Of a stretch of DNA of 63,060 nt, positions 38,469 through 47,355 are shown in pieces. Both the position numbers and the translations under genes were made by a program. Every line of letters starts with the position of its first letter. The first letter of the stretch is position 1. Under the pieces are notes generated by a model. That model had not been told where the DNA came from, did no database searches, and saw only the letters and a list, made by a program, of their open reading frames with translations. The stretch is from an uncultured archaeon (GTDB taxonomy: Archaea; Aenigmatarchaeota; Aenigmatarchaeia; PWEA01; JAGHBM01), in assembly GCA_964584335.1 (NCBI GenBank), contig CAZOZN010000001.1, positions 52,722-115,781 of the forward strand. Direction: 5' to 3'.

Positions 38469-39831
38469 TTACTCTTTCCTTTTTCTGGACCAATTACAAT
38501 ACCTATGAACCAATCTTGCGTTCTCTGGTATTGTCTTTCCACCCAACCAGTATTGTTCTATATGGTCAATTGCAGAATCATCAATATTTTGAATTTTATT
38601 ATTACATATAGCACAAGTAGGATCGTTATCATATAATTCCTGTTTTATTTTATATGAAAAACATCTTGGTTCCTTTTGTTGAACACCGATAATTTGTTGA
38701 AGAGTTAATCTCCATTTGTCAAACCTCTTTGTTACAGCTTGAACAGAACTAGTTGAAAGCAAGATTGAATCAATAAATTCTTGGTCTTCAGTCATGAGAT
38801 AAATAAGTGCTTCCTTAATAGAATCTAGATTATTATAGACCGTGTTTTTTTTCCTCCTTGGAAAAACTGTACATCAATATATCATACAATGAAGCGTTGA
38901 ATTTTTTTGTTTCCCAGTAACCATTCCTCTCATCATCTGATTCTCCTCTGTAAAAACGTTTAAATGCGTTTTTATCGAGCAGTGATTTAATGATTTGAAC
39001 GGTGTTTTTAAATGCAGATACCAATTCTTCCGCATCTTTCTTTTTTATATATTGATATTTTTCCATTTCATCATTAAAAAATTTCCTCATTGGAGATTTA
39101 TAATTCAAGTACGTTGAATGATAAAATGAGGCAAAACGAAGAACTAATTCAACATCCTTCATCCGTCTATCTGGACTTTCCAATCCAAGAAGATACATGA
39201 AATCTGGATATGTTGACATTTGTTTTAGAAGTTCGATGTATGGACCACGATAAACACAATTTCTCAATTCCTGATCATTTAGTGGCACTGAACCCGTATT
39301 TAGTCTTTCAAAAATTTCGAATTTCAAATCTTTTTCTGATTCTTTTTTAAAAGTGATAGTTCTAATTGGACATTTTTTAATTTTCTTTTGATACACCTTG
39401 TCTAAATTAACAAATAATGTTCCATTGAGTTCCTTAAAAACTTGTAATCCTCTAAGTTTGAAATTTTTACCATCAGGATATTTACCATCTATAAAAGAAA
39501 AAAATGCTGTTAACCTCTGTTGACCATCAATAACCGATTCCTTACCATTTCCTTCTTCTGCTAAATAAATGACCGGCAATGGGATCTCTAACAACACAGA
39601 TTCAATAAGACGGTTAGCTTTTTTCTTATCCCAAACGAATTGTCTTTGAAAATCTGGCTGTAAAATCAAATCTCCATCCTTATATCTTGTATACAAATCG
39701 TGTATTGGTGGATCTGATCTTTCAGTATATATTTTTCTCTTGGTAGGTTCAAATTCCATTTGTTCGTCTTCATCAGAACCTTCATCAAATTCAATTTGAC
39801 CTAGTATATCTTTTGTTTCCTGATTTGTCAT
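38469..39831 (-). pseudogene. DUF262 (GmrSD-like) plus HNH nuclease, split by a 1-nt frameshift in an A8 tract (38845-38852)
   Basis: PDFQRQFVW, IDGQQRL, FERLNTG, QELRN; downstream CAIC...DH...HRYCN. Deleting one A reads through EEKNTVYNNLDSIKEALIYLMTEDQEF. Confidence 0.85.
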
Positions 39832-39871
39832 ATTTTCTCCTCCCGGAACCAATTACAATAATCACGAAGTG

Positions 39872-40051
39872 TTATTTTTGATTTTCCTTAAAATAAACCC
39901 AAATTAAAAACAACAATAGGAAAAAACCATTTCCCAATTTAAGATGTATTTGATTTATTGCATTTACAATATCTATTGCATTCAAACCAAAGAATCCAAA
40001 TATCGAAATCCAAAATAATAAATTATCTCTATCTGTTGGGATTTTGATCAC
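39872..40051 (-). CDS. Putative 59-aa two-TM microprotein (not in ORF track)
   Basis: GTG 40051 to TAA 39872: MIKIPTDRDNLLFWISIFGFFGLNAIDIVNAINQIHLKLGNGFFLLLFLIWVYFKENQK. Start uncertain. Confidence 0.45.
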   Translation of the reverse strand: MIKIPTDRDNLLFWISIFGFFGLNAIDIVNAINQIHLKLGNGFFLLLFLIWVYFKENQK

Positions 40052-40149
40052 CTAGAAAGTTTTTGTTTAATATATTATTTAAATCTGAAATCCGCTCTCT
40101 CTTCTCAAAATTAATCCAGTTTTTTCTAATCTTTTTTGAGGTGGTTTAA

Positions 40150-40503
40150 TTGAAGGAATATATTCTCAAATGTAGTTGTGGTGCCAAATACAGATTCCAG
40201 GGCGAGAAAGAACGGCTGGACGAATTTCTTGAAACAGACGCCTGGATGTGCGAGGCAGGAAGACATGTAGAATTGGGAAAGAAAAAAGACTATCTATCCC
40301 TTATTGGAGAAATTGATGATGTCGATGAACCAACAAAACCAGAACCTAAGAAAGAAAGCGAGTATACAACATCTGAATTGCATAAGCAATTCGGAAACTC
40401 GCTAAAACATGTGGGCTTTGGAATTTTTGAAGACCCTGATGGAAACGTCTGGGATTTCCGTTCAGGAGAAAACGGGGAAAGGTTGTATTCGAAAGTGAGA
40501 TAA
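40150..40503 (+). CDS. Small Cys/His zinc-binding protein
   Basis: CSCG...CEAGRH; GAGGTGG RBS. Confidence 0.75.
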   Translation: MKEYILKCSCGAKYRFQGEKERLDEFLETDAWMCEAGRHVELGKKKDYLSLIGEIDDVDEPTKPEPKKESEYTTSELHKQFGNSLKHVGFGIFEDPDGNVWDFRSGENGERLYSKVR

Positions 40504-40656
40504 TTTAGCCCCTTCCTGCATCCTCAGAAACGAAAATTTAGGAGATGATCGCATGGGGACACAGAAAGGTTTGGCCAATTTTTCAAAATACAATTGTTCT
40601 CGATATTATAAAAAGATTTGATATTTTATAGATATTTGAAATTTCTTAACACAGTG

Positions 40657-42240
40657 TTAAATTTCAGAATACACATTAATGAATAATTCATTTATAATTT
40701 TATTATAATCATCAGAATTAGTTATTATGGATTTAATTATCTCCCTCTTTTCCTCTATTGAAAAACCTTTAAGATACGGATCAATCACGGATAATAAGTC
40801 CTTTTTATTTTTCTTTAGTTTTCTATAATCAGTAATATCTAAAATTTCAAATCCAGTTTTATTTTTTATCTCATCTCTAACATTTTTTTCATTTTCTGTT
40901 AATTTTTTCTTGATGGAATCATTGACCTCATCTTCCAATAAATTATCAATTTCCATTTCACTAATAATTAATTTAACTTCTGATTTATTGTCTATTAAAA
41001 AATTTATTACACTAGTTTTATCTAATTTTTCGAGTATTTTTTCTCTAAAATCATCGGGAAATGATGCATTTTTTTCTTCCCACATAAAGTTATAACCAGA
41101 TATTTTAAAGGCAATATACTGATAGGTAGGACCTCTCTTTATGTCAACGTAATGGTTATATTTTGGATTCTTTTTGTATTTTTTCCAAATTTCTTCAACT
41201 TCTTTAATAAGATCATTCATATATAGTTTGAAATTTTTATTATATTTCTTAGGAATCTCATCCAATGGTTTTACATAAATACTCCAACGATAAAATGGAC
41301 GGAAAAAATTATACTTATCAATAAAAACGGAATTAAATGGAGATTTTTTCTTTAACGAATCTGGAATCTTTTCTTTGTACCTAATTACACACAATAAATC
41401 TCTAGGTGTCTGGGAAAATTTACTTAAAGTATGTCCCCTAATCTTACTTTTCATTATTCTGTCTACTATTTTGAATAATTTTATATGAAATCTTTTTTGT
41501 TTCTCTAGTTTTTCGACTGAATTATATATCTTAAGATTCCCAAGTAACTTTGCCCTAATTTTCTCAATTTCTCGATCATCAATAAATTTTGTCATTGAAA
41601 AAACAGATTTTCCATCTAAGTGATATTTTTCATGAGCTGCTAAGTAAGACAAGAAAATATACTCGTCGGATTTTTCATCATACATGTTTTTCCTATTCAT
41701 TTTATTTACAAATTCTTGAATATATGGAAAATTATTATCAGAGAGAAACATATAGGTCAAGAAATATATTTTTGATATTGAAATGCCGGAATTTTTTAAC
41801 AGTGCACTCGGTAAATTTGTTAATATTTCAGATTTAAGAATTGAAGATAACCTGCCTTCATTTTCAAAGGATGTATAATAATGATTTGTAAAAGAATCAG
41901 CAATTTCATTTACATTATCTATTATTCCATCAATATATTCAGATATAGTAGTTTCACATAAACCAATCATATACAAAATTTCACTACGTAATTTTTCCCA
42001 CTTTATCTTAGAAATATTTTTCCTTATTAATCTGTCATGGATATCAACAATTAATATAAAAAAAGCCAGAATAGAGGAAGATATTTGAATTAACGCCCAA
42101 AATCCATTGATTGTCTCTCCAGTATAATAAAAAATAACACTAATAGAAATTACTATCAAGAAAAGAATGAAACTAACTATTAAAGCCGTTTCAATATTAA
42201 GAATCAAGAATTCGAACAGTTTTTTTATTCTATTATTCAA
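40657..42240 (-). CDS. Hypothetical protein with 2 N-terminal TM helices and a large soluble domain
   Basis: 527-aa AT-rich ORF with GGAGGT RBS. Confidence 0.75.
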   Translation of the reverse strand: MNNRIKKLFEFLILNIETALIVSFILFLIVISISVIFYYTGETINGFWALIQISSSILAFFILIVDIHDRLIRKNISKIKWEKLRSEILYMIGLCETTISEYIDGIIDNVNEIADSFTNHYYTSFENEGRLSSILKSEILTNLPSALLKNSGISISKIYFLTYMFLSDNNFPYIQEFVNKMNRKNMYDEKSDEYIFLSYLAAHEKYHLDGKSVFSMTKFIDDREIEKIRAKLLGNLKIYNSVEKLEKQKRFHIKLFKIVDRIMKSKIRGHTLSKFSQTPRDLLCVIRYKEKIPDSLKKKSPFNSVFIDKYNFFRPFYRWSIYVKPLDEIPKKYNKNFKLYMNDLIKEVEEIWKKYKKNPKYNHYVDIKRGPTYQYIAFKISGYNFMWEEKNASFPDDFREKILEKLDKTSVINFLIDNKSEVKLIISEMEIDNLLEDEVNDSIKKKLTENEKNVRDEIKNKTGFEILDITDYRKLKKNKKDLLSVIDPYLKGFSIEEKREIIKSIITNSDDYNKIINELFINVYSEI

Positions 42241-42400
42241 ATAGACCTCCCGCCTTAATTTTAAGATAATATTAGTCTATTAGTTGATAATATAACTAGA
42301 TGAACTTTTAAATTTTTATCATTTTTTAAGGCTAAAACGTAATTAAATTTGAAATACACTCTCTGCAAAATACCTTTTTCTTCCCCGCCCAAAGTCTCGT

Positions 42401-42595
42401 ATGTCAATAGTGAAGAAATGCCCAATTTGTCATTCCGATTCAATCCTTCAGGACTCAAAACCCGTTCCGTCAGAAGGCAAATACTCGAAGATTTACAAGT
42501 GCGAGAAGGGCCACGTATACAACGTAATAATCTCATACAAGGGAATCAAGAGAACAACGGTAAAAATACTCAAAGGTGAGGGCAATGAAGATTGA
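42401..42595 (+). CDS. Small zinc-ribbon protein
   Basis: CPIC...CEKGH; overlaps the next gene. Confidence 0.65.
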   Translation: MSIVKKCPICHSDSILQDSKPVPSEGKYSKIYKCEKGHVYNVIISYKGIKRTTVKILKGEGNED

Positions 42596-42797
42596 CCCGG
42601 TCACTTTCATTTTCGGCCTGACCTCCCTTGCAGTGGGCTGGATATCCTTGTTTGCTAATACTACAGGAATGATTCAGCTTAGGCAGATTGCCATTGTCCT
42701 CCTTGTTTTATTTTTCTATTCTCTGAACGCAAGCGAGATAGAGGAACTCAAGAAGGAAGCCAAATCTATTGAAGAGGGGTGCAAATGTACGAAGTAG
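42576..42797 (+). CDS. Small two-TM membrane protein
   Basis: Two hydrophobic helices; GGTGAGG RBS suggests a start at ATG 42585. Confidence 0.65.
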   Translation: MRAMKIDPVTFIFGLTSLAVGWISLFANTTGMIQLRQIAIVLLVLFFYSLNASEIEELKKEAKSIEEGCKCTK

Positions 42798-43597
42798 TTG
42801 CCGTTCATTTCACCAACGACTGCAAGATGAACTGCCCATTCTGTTATAGGGAACACGGAACAGAGACAATGGGCAGGGATATTTTTCTTGGCCTGCCCCG
42901 GTACCTAAAAGACATAACAAACCAGGTGGCCCTCGGAGGCGGCGAGCCGACTCTCCATCCAAAATTGGTAGAAGATTTTGCAAGGGAATGTAAGAACTAT
43001 GACCTCATTTGCAATATGACCACCAGCGGGCATGAGATGAAAAAATGGGATTACAAAAAGATAGGCGAATTGTGCGAAAACCTGGAGATGGTCTCGGTTT
43101 CACTGGATGACTACAAGAGACGTGAATGGAACGGCGGGCAGGAATTGATGAGAACATGCATGAACATAAAAGAACATACAAGACTGGGATGCAACCTTCT
43201 GGTTGACAAGACTATGATGGAGGACTCATATCTTTTAAAACTTACAAAAAGCCTGTTTGACGGGGATTTCGACATGGTGTTTGCACTTTACCCAAAGAAC
43301 ATGCCACGGGTTGATATCCTCCCCAAAAGGCATTACTACAATTTTCTCACAAGGGAATACCCGCATTTTTTTGTGGACGATTTGACATACAAGATTCTGA
43401 AAGAGAAAAGATATGAAAACTGGGAAGAACCCTGCCACTACGGGCAGGACATCATAAGCATTGACGAACTGGGTAGGGTGGCCGGCTGTTCATTTTCAAA
43501 AGATTACAAGCTCCAGATTAAGGAGCCAAAGGACGTCCTGAAAATCAAGGACATCCAGTTTGACAAGAAATATTCATGCCCATTTTTGGGGAGGTGA
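42779..43597 (+). CDS. Radical SAM enzyme with twitch-like C-terminal Cys
   Basis: CKMNCPFC, GGGEP, MTTSG, SVSLD, PCHYG...GCSF...CPF. Confidence 0.9.
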   Translation: MQMYEVVAVHFTNDCKMNCPFCYREHGTETMGRDIFLGLPRYLKDITNQVALGGGEPTLHPKLVEDFARECKNYDLICNMTTSGHEMKKWDYKKIGELCENLEMVSVSLDDYKRREWNGGQELMRTCMNIKEHTRLGCNLLVDKTMMEDSYLLKLTKSLFDGDFDMVFALYPKNMPRVDILPKRHYYNFLTREYPHFFVDDLTYKILKEKRYENWEEPCHYGQDIISIDELGRVAGCSFSKDYKLQIKEPKDVLKIKDIQFDKKYSCPFLGR

Positions 43598-43598
43598 T

Positions 43599-44114
43599 AT
43601 GATGTATCTAAATCCAAATTGCAGCGAGGCTGTGTTCCGTTTCCATACAGCAGAACCGGACGAGATAAGGAGCATTCTTCAGGCCATAGCTGACGAAATC
43701 TCGGAGAACAACGATTTCTGGGGAAAGCAGACTGTTCCAAAATACAAGACTGCAAAAGAATACGACACTAACTATGGGGGAAGGCCGAGCTATATGTGGG
43801 AATCCCTGTGGGACAAGGATGACAACGGAAAGTCATGGGAGGAAAAGCGAAATGAGGCGCATAAAAAATCTTATCCGAAAGATTCGGTCCTGTATGCCTG
43901 TGCGGGGCTGGGGGACAATGAGGCTGTCATCAGGGTAAATGAGGAAGATGAGTATTTCACCCTTAATATTGGCAACAATGATATCGAGCCAAACAAGACC
44001 GGATGGATAGAGAAAATCAAAGAAATGGGGATAGATGTGGAGGAAGCAGAGACGGACGAGAGTCTACGAAGAATCGCCCGGGACTGCACCTGCGGGATAA
44101 GGTTCTTTAGTTGA
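43599..44114 (+). CDS. Acidic hypothetical protein
   Basis: GGAGGTGA RBS; last gene of the operon, converging on the integrase. Confidence 0.7.
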   Translation: MMYLNPNCSEAVFRFHTAEPDEIRSILQAIADEISENNDFWGKQTVPKYKTAKEYDTNYGGRPSYMWESLWDKDDNGKSWEEKRNEAHKKSYPKDSVLYACAGLGDNEAVIRVNEEDEYFTLNIGNNDIEPNKTGWIEKIKEMGIDVEEAETDESLRRIARDCTCGIRFFS

Positions 44115-45308
44115 TTTGTACCATTCCATTTCCAAAAGGTTTCTCATTTTATTTATAAGGAACTTTTGCGTTTCTGGGTCCCCCATCATAATATCCATCA
44201 TCCTACCCCTCTTTTTTCTATATGATTCAGATTCCATAGCTGCTTCTGAATCAAGGGGAGATCCGCACCTTGTGCATATTTTATTGGTTGGGGAATTTTG
44301 TTTCTCGCATCTCAGACAGGTCTGGGGAGCAAAATGATTTTTTTTCTCCGTTTCTTCGATCTTTATCCCATTCATCTTTAGTATAGCATCATCCATGTCC
44401 CGTCCAGATAGATGAACATATACAGACGGCATCTTTGAACCTTGAACCCATCCAAAGTAATGGTCCATTTGTGAATCAGTTAAATGGTTGGCCATCTGGG
44501 TTGCCCTGCTGTGCCTGAAATTATGCGGATTGACCTTTTTAGTCACTCCTGCCCTCTTCGCTAATTTTTTCAACAGAAATGAGACATTCTGATACAGGAT
44601 CGGCGTCTTTCTATTTTGGTTGTTTATTGAAACCCAAAGATAAGCCTCTTTATCATCCTTAAAAGGATGGTTCTCGATCCATAACGAGAGATGAGGAACA
44701 CAGGCAACTATTCGGATTTTTCTCATGCCCGTCTTTCCATCAAGGATAGCAAGACATCCAAATTTATCAAAAGATAAATGTTTCAGCTTGACTGAAAGCA
44801 TCTCTCCAATTCTACACCCGCTTTCAAAAAGGAAAGAGACCATTGCTTTGTTACGTGGATGATTGGCAGCACCCACAAGCTTCTTTATATCTTCATCCGC
44901 AAGAAGATCATCCGGAAGTTTTGAGTTGCAGTTCTTAAGGGTTGATTTTATCCATTCAACCTCTTCAGGGTAAACTTTTGTTCCCTTCAGCCAATGAAAA
45001 AAACGCTTCAAAGCTATTTTATAGTCATGTTTTGTATGGGGGCTGTAATCCCGCCTTTCAATCACACTAACTATCCCAATGATATCTTTTTTATTCATCT
45101 CATTGAAAGGGATTTTGCTTATTTCACAAATCTTATGCATATGGTACAAGTATTTTGCAATACGCCCTTTGCTTATTCCTTCAGCACCAAGATATTCATA
45201 AAATTCATAGAGATCTTTCTTGTTCTGCTCTGGAGAATCTCCTTCCCTAATCCTTCTTAAAGCGTTTTCTACCCGCTTATTGTATTTGTGTATATCCACT
45301 TTCACCAT
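44064..45308 (-). CDS. int: tRNA-targeting tyrosine integrase with a C-terminal zinc ribbon
   Basis: SGCRIGE, GKTG, HNFRHSRAT, FGW, YVH; CLRC...CTRC; starts 57 bp downstream of the tRNA-Glu CCA; GAGGTGG RBS. Confidence 0.95.
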   Translation of the reverse strand: MVKVDIHKYNKRVENALRRIREGDSPEQNKKDLYEFYEYLGAEGISKGRIAKYLYHMHKICEISKIPFNEMNKKDIIGIVSVIERRDYSPHTKHDYKIALKRFFHWLKGTKVYPEEVEWIKSTLKNCNSKLPDDLLADEDIKKLVGAANHPRNKAMVSFLFESGCRIGEMLSVKLKHLSFDKFGCLAILDGKTGMRKIRIVACVPHLSLWIENHPFKDDKEAYLWVSINNQNRKTPILYQNVSFLLKKLAKRAGVTKKVNPHNFRHSRATQMANHLTDSQMDHYFGWVQGSKMPSVYVHLSGRDMDDAILKMNGIKIEETEKKNHFAPQTCLRCEKQNSPTNKICTRCGSPLDSEAAMESESYRKKRGRMMDIMMGDPETQKFLINKMRNLLEMEWYKSTKEPYPAGAVPGDSS

Positions 45309-45364
45309 AACCACCTCTTGGTTACGCAAGATATTCAAGAATCAGAGAGTGCAAATTGCAATAA

Positions 45365-45376
45365 TGGTGCTCCCAC
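45365..45376 (-). repeat. Proximal att site within the last exon of tRNA-Glu
   Basis: Identical to 6977-6988. Confidence 0.8.
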
Positions 45377-45651
45377 GGGGATTTCCATTGACATCTTCTT
45401 TTTTCACAGCACGACCCAAAGTTTTCTTTTGGGATGCGTAGATTTTCTTTTGTGAAAAGAAAATATCCGCTTTTGAACCCCGGTCTCTGGCTTTCTTTAA
45501 GTTTTAGATTTTGCTTAAGCTTTTTCTAAAAGCTTACGAGAGGCCAGCATCCTTAGCCAATGCCCAGACCGTTCCTTTTTCACAAAATTCTCGTTTTCTT
45601 TTACACGAGTGCTTTTCTTGTGAAAGAAAAGGCCTCCTAGACTATGGGAGC
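45365..45651 (-). tRNA. tRNA-Glu(CTC) with three introns: 45561-45635 (75 nt, 16/17), 45493-45536 (44 nt, 37/38), 45382-45471 (90 nt, 59/60)
   Basis: Joining the four exons gives a 78-nt cloverleaf: GCTCCCATAGTCTAGG|TTGGCTAAGGATGCTGGCCTCTCG|AGCCAGAGACCGGGGTTCAAA|TCCCCGTGGGAGCACCA. Each junction forms a BHB/BHL-like motif. Confidence 0.92.
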
Positions 45652-45785
45652 AAGTTTACTTTTATTTTCTGTCTCTTAATCTTTTTAAATCTTTTTAATT
45701 TCTTTTTTTTGTTTTTTTATGGGAAAAAAGAAATGTTTCCAATTTTTTGGGAATACAAACCCTTTTTATGAAAAAAGATTTGTTT

Positions 45786-45874
45786 TGGTGAGCCCGGAGG
45801 GATTCGAACCCCCGATCTCTCGGTATCCTCCTTAGACCGAAGCCGAGCGCCTTATCCAGCTAGGCTACGGGCCC
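45786..45874 (-). tRNA. tRNA-Arg(TCG) with a 12-nt canonical 37/38 intron (45825-45836)
   Basis: GGGCCCGTAGCCTAGCTGGATAAGGCGCTCGGCTTCGG[TCTAAGGAGGAT]ACCGAGAGATCGGGGGTTCGAATCCCTCCGGGCTCACCA. Confidence 0.96.
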
Positions 45875-45930
45875 GCTAGAATAAGTTTGTGACCAATAGG
45901 TTTAAATCCTTTTTGAATCTCAATATTCTT

Positions 45931-47355
45931 ATGGTGGGGACTGTAGTCGGCTTAATGGGTGAAAAGAACGCGTCAAAAAAGATATATGATGTTCTTTCTT
46001 ATCATCAGCCCTTTGATTATGCCGGAATATATACCTACGATGGTAATATAAATCATAAGAAGGGAATCGGTAATTTCTATGAAGTTTTTTCTGGGCCCGT
46101 TAAGGAAATAAAAAAATCTCTTTCAGGTGAAATAGGAATAGGTCACGCGGGGAAAGTCAGTAACATACCAAAAGAATATGATACCGAGGAAAAAATAAGA
46201 GTTTATGTTTCAGAATTGACTCAACCAGAATATCTTATAAATCCTTTTATTTTCGGCGCTAACATAGGAAGAATATGTAACTGGGAGGAATCAATAGAAG
46301 GTCTAGACAAGTTGAGGTCCAATTCTTCAGTGCAACCTCTTGTACATAATCTTAAACATGAATTAAAGAATAAAAAAAATATAGACGAGTATGACATAAT
46401 CGAGGCCGGTGGTAAAATAATAAACAAGGTGAGAGGAGCTTACTCTGGTGTTTATGTAGCAGACCAGTCCGTAGACAATGAGGATGCCTATATGTTTTCA
46501 ATAACAGATCCTAATGGCATAAGGCCTCTTTTTCTGGGTAAGAAAGGCAAGAAACATTGTTTTGCATCGGATAAAATATCTTTAATGGAACTTGGTTATA
46601 AAAAATTCGATGAGTTGCCAAGAGGAACCGTGAGTGTTGTGGACGGCAAGGGAAATAGAAAATCAAAAACTTTTATTAAATGGAGCAAGAAACCATGTCT
46701 TAAAAATTTCATATATAATATGGAACCTAACTGCGAGATTAGCGGAAAAGAGGTTTACGGTGTAAGGTTTGATATGGGAAAGATGCTTTATAGAAAGAAT
46801 CCTATTAAAACGGATGTTGTTTGCGGTGTTCCCCACATGGGATCAGCATACGCTGAAGGTTTCAGCGCTGAGAGCGGAATAGAGAAGCGCACAGGACTTA
46901 TAAAAGTTGGAGAGGAAAAAGAGTTTACGAAATCAAAGAAAAGTGTTCTTATGTCAAACGGCCAAGCGGTAAGAGGTAGCAAAGTTTCTTTAGTAGAGCA
47001 TGATATAATAGAACCCGAGGCGAAGGATGCAATTAATATATTAAAGGATGAAAACCTTGGAGGAGCAAAAGAGGTTCATTTTTATGTTGCTTGTCCGCCT
47101 CTTCTTTCAGACTGTTATTTGGGCACTAAGACAGAACAATACATGAAGGCATTGGATGAAGACAAAGAGGTAATAAGCAGAGAAATAATATCTGAAGAGC
47201 TTGGTTGTGATTCACTTACATGGCTTGAGAAAGATGAGTTGAAAAGCATAACCAGTGAAGTATGTTCAGGTTGTCTTGAAATTGTTCCGGATGGTTATCC
47301 TTTAGAAATAAAGGATTTTGTATCGAAATTACACTTCAAGCCAAGAAAGGTTTAA
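45931..47355 (+). CDS. Divergent amidophosphoribosyltransferase (PurF)-like protein, probably non-catalytic
   Basis: GIGH, GAYS, DPNGIRPL, AKEVHF and CSGC match the PurF layout, but the N-terminal Cys and the DDSIVRGTT motif are replaced. Confidence 0.75.
   Translation: MVGTVVGLMGEKNASKKIYDVLSYHQPFDYAGIYTYDGNINHKKGIGNFYEVFSGPVKEIKKSLSGEIGIGHAGKVSNIPKEYDTEEKIRVYVSELTQPEYLINPFIFGANIGRICNWEESIEGLDKLRSNSSVQPLVHNLKHELKNKKNIDEYDIIEAGGKIINKVRGAYSGVYVADQSVDNEDAYMFSITDPNGIRPLFLGKKGKKHCFASDKISLMELGYKKFDELPRGTVSVVDGKGNRKSKTFIKWSKKPCLKNFIYNMEPNCEISGKEVYGVRFDMGKMLYRKNPIKTDVVCGVPHMGSAYAEGFSAESGIEKRTGLIKVGEEKEFTKSKKSVLMSNGQAVRGSKVSLVEHDIIEPEAKDAINILKDENLGGAKEVHFYVACPPLLSDCYLGTKTEQYMKALDEDKEVISREIISEELGCDSLTWLEKDELKSITSEVCSGCLEIVPDGYPLEIKDFVSKLHFKPRKV

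Larger units (their letters stand above)
6977..45376. mobile_element. ~38.4-kb integrative element / defence island inserted at the tRNA-Glu 3' end
   Basis: 12-bp direct repeat at both ends; integrase immediately downstream of the tRNA; Cdc6, transfer-like ATPases and R-M/defence cargo inside; housekeeping genes resume outside the repeats. Confidence 0.85.

Noticed and set aside
6977-45376. Provirus or integron interpretation of the island
   Set aside because: No capsid, portal or terminase genes were recognised, and I saw no repeated attC-like sites between cargo genes.
45220-45771. ORFs 45220-45441 and 45511-45771
   Set aside because: Antisense to the integrase and the intron-containing tRNA-Glu.
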